Assembly (NCBI GenBank): GCA_043228905.1
Contig: JBHGNT010000006.1
Span: forward strand, 3,720,001-3,784,000
Origin: Azolla caroliniana
Lineage: Eukaryota > Plantae > Polypodiophyta
Direction: 5' to 3'
Length of the DNA: 64,000 bases
Of the stretch, positions 63,221 through 64,000 are shown one piece after another. The translations under genes were made by a program, and so were the position numbers. The notes under the pieces were generated by a model. It saw nothing but the letters and a program-made list of their open reading frames with translations. It was not told the origin of the DNA and made no database searches. Every line of letters begins with the position of its first letter. Position 1 is the first letter of the stretch.

Positions 63221-64000
63221 AACACGTTCACATTCACAAGTGGAAGGATCGCGCATTCCACTTATAAATTCCTTTTATAGTCTTGCGATTTCAGGCAATT
63301 TTCAGAAACTTGATACACTAGTATCACATATTTTAAACATGTAAAATTTGCTAATTTTTTGAGATTTAACAAGTTTCAAAATGATAATTTCTAAAATTGA
63401 ATAGTTTTTCAATAAATGTTTAAACGTTGATGGTCTGCAAATATGAAATGTAGTTAACTTAAAGAAAATCACAATGGTTAACTCAAGACACAAGTTAAGA
63501 TTAATGGTTCACCATCTTGAGGAGATGTAGGTTCTAGAAGTGGAAGTTACATCTATTGTTAGACTTGAAAATGTTTTAAGTATAAGAGGTAACATTGTAA
63601 TCCTTAATGCCATCATCTATAAATTTAGTGCTCATTAACGTCCATCAATTCACAACTCAAGAAATGTATCCAATATTCATAAACAATTTTGATAAATCCA
63701 TAACTTCTAAAATGTAGAGGATATTCATCAACTGCCAAACTTAGATGTAAACATTAATATATCAATTTGAACATATCACATAGTTATGAAGCTATCCACA
63801 ATGCTCTCCTCTTCTTTATTTTGATAACTCCCCTACAAAATTTGTGAAGTAAATGGCACTTGCAAGGTTCAATTACCATCAACACAATCATTAATGGTTT
63901 TTTGTTAATCAAGGAAGCACATGCTTACCATAAGGTATCTTGTTGTGCAACATACTTCTTTACAGTATCGATATGCATCCTTTACTCTTGTAAAAACAGA
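63221..64000 (+). mobile_element. Left end of a second element of the Sola1-like family, running off the window
   Basis: aacacgttcacattcacaagtggaaggatcgcgcattccactt matches 40049-40091 with three differences. It also shares the subterminal gat(a/g)cactagtatcacat motif. Confidence 0.85.

Overview
This is repeat-dense plant nuclear DNA, probably from a fern or other seed-free plant (inferred from the PLS-type PPR remnant and the transposon content). The only clear host gene is an intronless 3-ketoacyl-CoA synthase (31641-33365); there is also a decayed PPR fragment. The rest is nested transposons. An L1-type LINE carries a Copia element, which carries a second Copia of the same family. Two more truncated L1 copies follow. 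A non-L1 LINE is interrupted by a 9.0-kb DNA transposon and by a chromodomain Gypsy element, which itself holds a solo LTR. A decayed LINE near the end carries a Copia solo LTR. The standout is the 9,018-bp element at 40049-49066, with perfect 29-bp TIRs and an ACAA target-site duplication. It encodes an intact Sola1-like DDD transposase and, divergently, a six-exon ~974-aa ParB-like/beta-class DNA amino-methyltransferase fusion that the ORF track shows only as fragments. Intron 1 of that gene holds five CpG-rich 23-bp palindromes spaced 51-52 bp apart, a candidate parS-like or structured element. A second left end of the same family starts at 63221. All domain calls are from motif recognition by eye; no searches were run.
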